A stretch of DNA of 64,000 bases from Phoronis australis (Eukaryota; Animalia; Phoronida), in NCBI GenBank assembly GCA_002633005.1, contig NMRA01000301.1, forward strand, positions 372,001 to 436,000, in the 5' to 3' direction. The translations under genes were made by a program, and so were the position numbers. Each line of letters begins with the position of its first letter. Positions within the stretch are counted from its first letter, which is position 1. Below the pieces are notes generated by a model. It worked only from the letters and a program-made list of their open reading frames with translations. It had not been told where the DNA came from and did not search any database. Positions 60,355-64,000 of the stretch are shown in pieces.

Positions 60355-60406
60355 ATTCATCTCTTTATGACAAACATTTCAAAATGTTTGTCATAAAAAG
60401 ATGAAT
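60355..60406. repeat. Near-perfect 52-bp palindrome
   Basis: ATTCATCTCTTTATGACAAACATTT-CA-AAATGTTTGTCATAAAAAGATGAAT (24/25 match). Confidence 0.9.
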
Positions 60407-60945
60407 ATAAACTGTATAAATTTAATTTGAATGTTCAAAGTGCTCTCCACCGGTGGTAGTAATTGTAGATAATGCAACTACTGGAACACTGAGACATTAT
60501 TAAACTAGTAACGTAGAGAAGAGTAACAACAAAAAGGGATTTTGATCCGCACTTTTTGAATGTTAAAATAACCTCCATCAACAGAAATTTGGAAATAACA
60601 AATGAAACCCAGTATGATCTGGCAAATGTTTGAGAGATGACACATGCTCGACGTAATATGGCGGATTGAGTGCTCCATCATTGTCACCGCTGAAATATTT
60701 ATCACATCATGGGTTTCAGTGTTGTGTTTCTGTTGGTAAAGGTTATTTAAGGTGGCTAAAAACAAAAATTAGTCTCATAAGACTCCTTACCATAATAACA
60801 TTCAGTTCGCTTCACCAACAAGAACATCAGAATCATGAACAACCCAAGAAAACGGACCAGAGTTACCAATGCGGATTCAAACATGTTGCATGTTTTAATT
60901 GCTTATGACTTTAGTTGCTGCCTCTATTGGCAACAACAAGTATTT

Positions 60946-62445
60946 ACAAGAGCAACACAGAGCATTGAAATGTGCCCACAATTGCACCACATACGGTATC
61001 CTGCTAGGGTTGTTTATTGGTACCATCAAGTGGCCAGTAGAGGGCATATATGTAGTATGTTGTACTTTGCAAAATGGAAAGGCATGGTCATTGTCTCCTC
61101 AATAGGCTAGGGGCAACATGTGAGTGATCTTCATAATACAAGCACATCCTATACATCAGTTGCTTAAAGCACCACAGGAACATAGAATTAAACACAAATT
61201 TACCAACACACGAGATTAGCACAGCATTAGAATGCCAGAAACAAATTTCTACTTGGAACTTTTCCTTCATAGTCACAAAGTAATACAAAGTATACACCTG
61301 AAGACCTATGAAAATACAGAGGTCAATGTAAAATACTAAAATTGCCACTAGAGGCATACCGGTAGTCAGAATCATCCTAAAGTCGTCATCGTCCGTTGTC
61401 AACATCACATAAATACACTTGCTAAATTTGGTAAAGATCCTGCAAACGGTTTGGGAGATACAGCCATGGGCGCAAAAAAAATGCCACTAGGAGGCGCCAC
61501 AGTAATCAAAGTCATGGGAAATTCAGCGTCAACCGTCCCCTTCATAGTAAGAACATACATGCCAATTTTCACAATCATACTTATAGTGGTTTGGTTGATA
61601 GAGGGGTGGACGCCAAAAAACAGACTCAAAAACAGTAAAAATGGCCACTGGGTGTCGCAAACTAGGTCGAATCCATCCGAAAACGGGAGGATAGCGTCAT
61701 CGCACTAATAGGTGCCTACATACCAAATTTCATGAAAATCCGTTAAGGACTTGTGAAGATACAGAGGTAAACGTAAAAAAATAAAATTGCCACTAGGGGG
61801 CACACTGGTAGGCGGATCTGTCCAAAAGTCGTCATCGTCTGTTGTTAACATCATATAAATACACTTATTAAATTTCGTAAAGATCCTGCGAACGGTTTAG
61901 GAGATACAGCCATAGGCGCAAAAAAAAAAAAACTGCCACTAGGAGGCGCCACAGTAGTCCAAATCGTCTGAAAATCATTGTCAGCTGTCTTCTTTATAGT
62001 AAGCACATACACGCCAATTTTCACAATCATCCTTTGAGCGGTTTGGTTGATAGAGGGGTGGACGCAAAAATACAGACTCGAAAACACTAAAAATGGCCAC
62101 TAGGTGGCGCAAACTATGTCGAATCCATCTGAAAACGGCAGGATAGCGTCATCTCACTAATAGGTGCCTACATACCAAATTTCATGAAAATCCATTCAGG
62201 ACTTTTGAAGATACAAAGGTAAGCGTAAAAAACTAAAATTGCCACTAGGGAACACACCGGTAGTCGGATCCATCCGAAACTTCGCACATGCCGTCCCATT
62301 CATGAATGGAACATATGTGCCAAATTTCATGAACATATGTCAAAGGGTTTTGGAGATAAAGCAGCGGACGCCGGACGGACGCCGCCCGGACGGACGGAGA
62401 TGACGGCATAGTGCCTCCACATATAAATATGTGGGTGCATAAAAA
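60946..62445 (+). mobile_element. Helentron/HINE-like non-autonomous element B (same family as A)
   Basis: Starts ACAAGAGCAACACAGAG; subterminal ATGTGCCCACA pairs imperfectly with the 3' TGTGGGTGCAT. Three ~150-bp monomer types repeat with ~450-bp period, then (GGAC)n, the palindrome CCACATATAAATATGTGG and an A-run. Confidence 0.8.
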
Positions 62446-64000
62446 GGGAACTGTATTTTATTCTGAATTAATTTTGGATAGTTTTCTATGAAATGTTGAT
62501 TAATTTCACAAATAATTCAACAACAAAAAGTAAACTTATATTCTCTAACGAAGCTCAAAAAAATTACAGGCTTGGAGCGCTGCTTCTCGTGACGTAGTTG
62601 GCGGGGGCAAAGTCGCTGTCCTGTGTTAGCGTGCAGTCAAGTGGTATTTTGCATATTGTCAGAATAAGAAATTTTAGTGTGAAATGTCGGATCACCAGGG
62701 ATACTAGTTTGAGCCAAGGCAACACAAAGTGATACCCAGTCATCGTCATCGTCAGACGAAAATTTGCCGGTGCAACCAATCCGTATCAACAATTTACATT
62801 GGCGTGACTGTGCCGTGGGCAGTGTGGACTCAAGCCAGCAATTAAGTCAGCCAGCTGCCAGCCAATACTCAGCTCTGTAAACTTGAAGGGTCTGTTAGTT
62901 ACCGCCTATAGCTGTATGAAAACTATCGTACCACTGTGTGTTGAGTTCCGTTAACCCCAAAATTTCAGACAGCCGTTGACTACCCGGGTATAGTTGACTT
63001 ATGCTCGTCACCTTGTCGTAAAACTAAGGCTACCTTAACAAAAAGCTAAAAGTCTGGCGTGGGCGCATGCAAAATCTGGTATACACCACACTCACATTGT
63101 TCGTTGCAGCCGTTTAAGTGGAAAACAATCAAATAAATGTCATTTGGTAGCATAATTTGCTGCCTTTTGTAACAAAGAAGTGGGTCGTCCATTTCAAAAA
63201 CACCACGCTCGTGACACGGCGCATGCGCCATTTCCAAAATTTGAGACGTCTTTCGGGAGATGACCACAGCTTCGCAGCATTAAGGTTGTTCTAAAATTCG
63301 GTTTGCTGGTATAAAAATACTAAAAACTTGTACCGAAATGAAACAAGTACCGATAATTTGTTGTAACATGTACGAAACCTAGGTACCGGCAGCGACAAAC
63401 ACTTGATAAAAGAATCGGAGAGAAAAGAAACTGGTAAAGGTCAGGTGACGTAATCGCAAAAAGCCGACTCAAGAGAACACATCACAATTTTAGCAGCGGC
63501 CGATGAACGATCGCTAAGTTTTCCAACACCAGTAAAAACTGAAGTTAATTTACTCTAGGAACCTGGTTCCTAGGTTTATTCAAGGATGAGATTAGTTTGA
63601 ATGACATTAATTTTGAGTCAGATTTTATTTGTCCATTTTTTACCCATATCGGCTCAAACCTGTAGGCCTATAATTAGTATACAGTTCTGGGCCAAGGCTT
63701 GGGTATTACCCAGCGATGGTATGCGATGACCATCCCTTTAGAAGACACCTTTTTCTAAGAGTTTGAGCAACCAGGTGCCATACAAAAAGGCATAGCGAAC
63801 CTTTTACAGCACTGTAGCAAACAATAAAAATAAGGACGACAATGATAAATTATGATGTAAACTCGTCAAAATATGACATAAACAATGAATGTGTAAAGCA
63901 GCCGATACCCCGCCATTGACGTCACTGACACATCGGCCAATCAGCAATCGCTTTCAGAATTCAGTGTTTTAACCATGAATACGAATCAGCTTTTGTTTGG

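Overview
Metazoan (invertebrate bilaterian-like) genomic DNA: AT-rich, with GT-AG introns and many repeats. It is not prokaryotic; I found no CRISPR array, rRNA or tRNA. The first 14 kb hold the 3' half of an Abl/ABL1-type tyrosine kinase gene on +. Readable by eye are two kinase C-lobe exons (1-63, 2408-2497), the post-kinase EVAKEL exon (4042-4137), several candidate extra or alternative exons, and a 2-kb terminal exon (11945-13914) ending in the F-actin-binding domain. Convergent with it on - are three paralogous MFS transporters of the MFSD4/NaGLT1 (FucP-like) family. Each has an intron-free CDS and a splice acceptor 13-19 nt before the ATG. The intergenic DNA is a transposon mosaic: a decayed RNase H-bearing LINE with two nested insertions, TTAA-target (Kolobok-like) elements, MITEs, Penelope and L1/Tx1 fragments, minisatellites and two Helentron/HINE-like elements. 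The most striking observations are: (i) the Helentron-like elements bracket the third transporter gene and carry about 15 same-orientation CTCF-like motifs, roughly one per ~150-bp monomer; (ii) the transporter paralogs differ at the TM4 acidic residue and in TM7; (iii) a stop-containing candidate exon lies in an Abl intron. Two tandem duplications sit at single-N joins and may be assembly artefacts. All family assignments come from motif recognition by eye; no searches were run.
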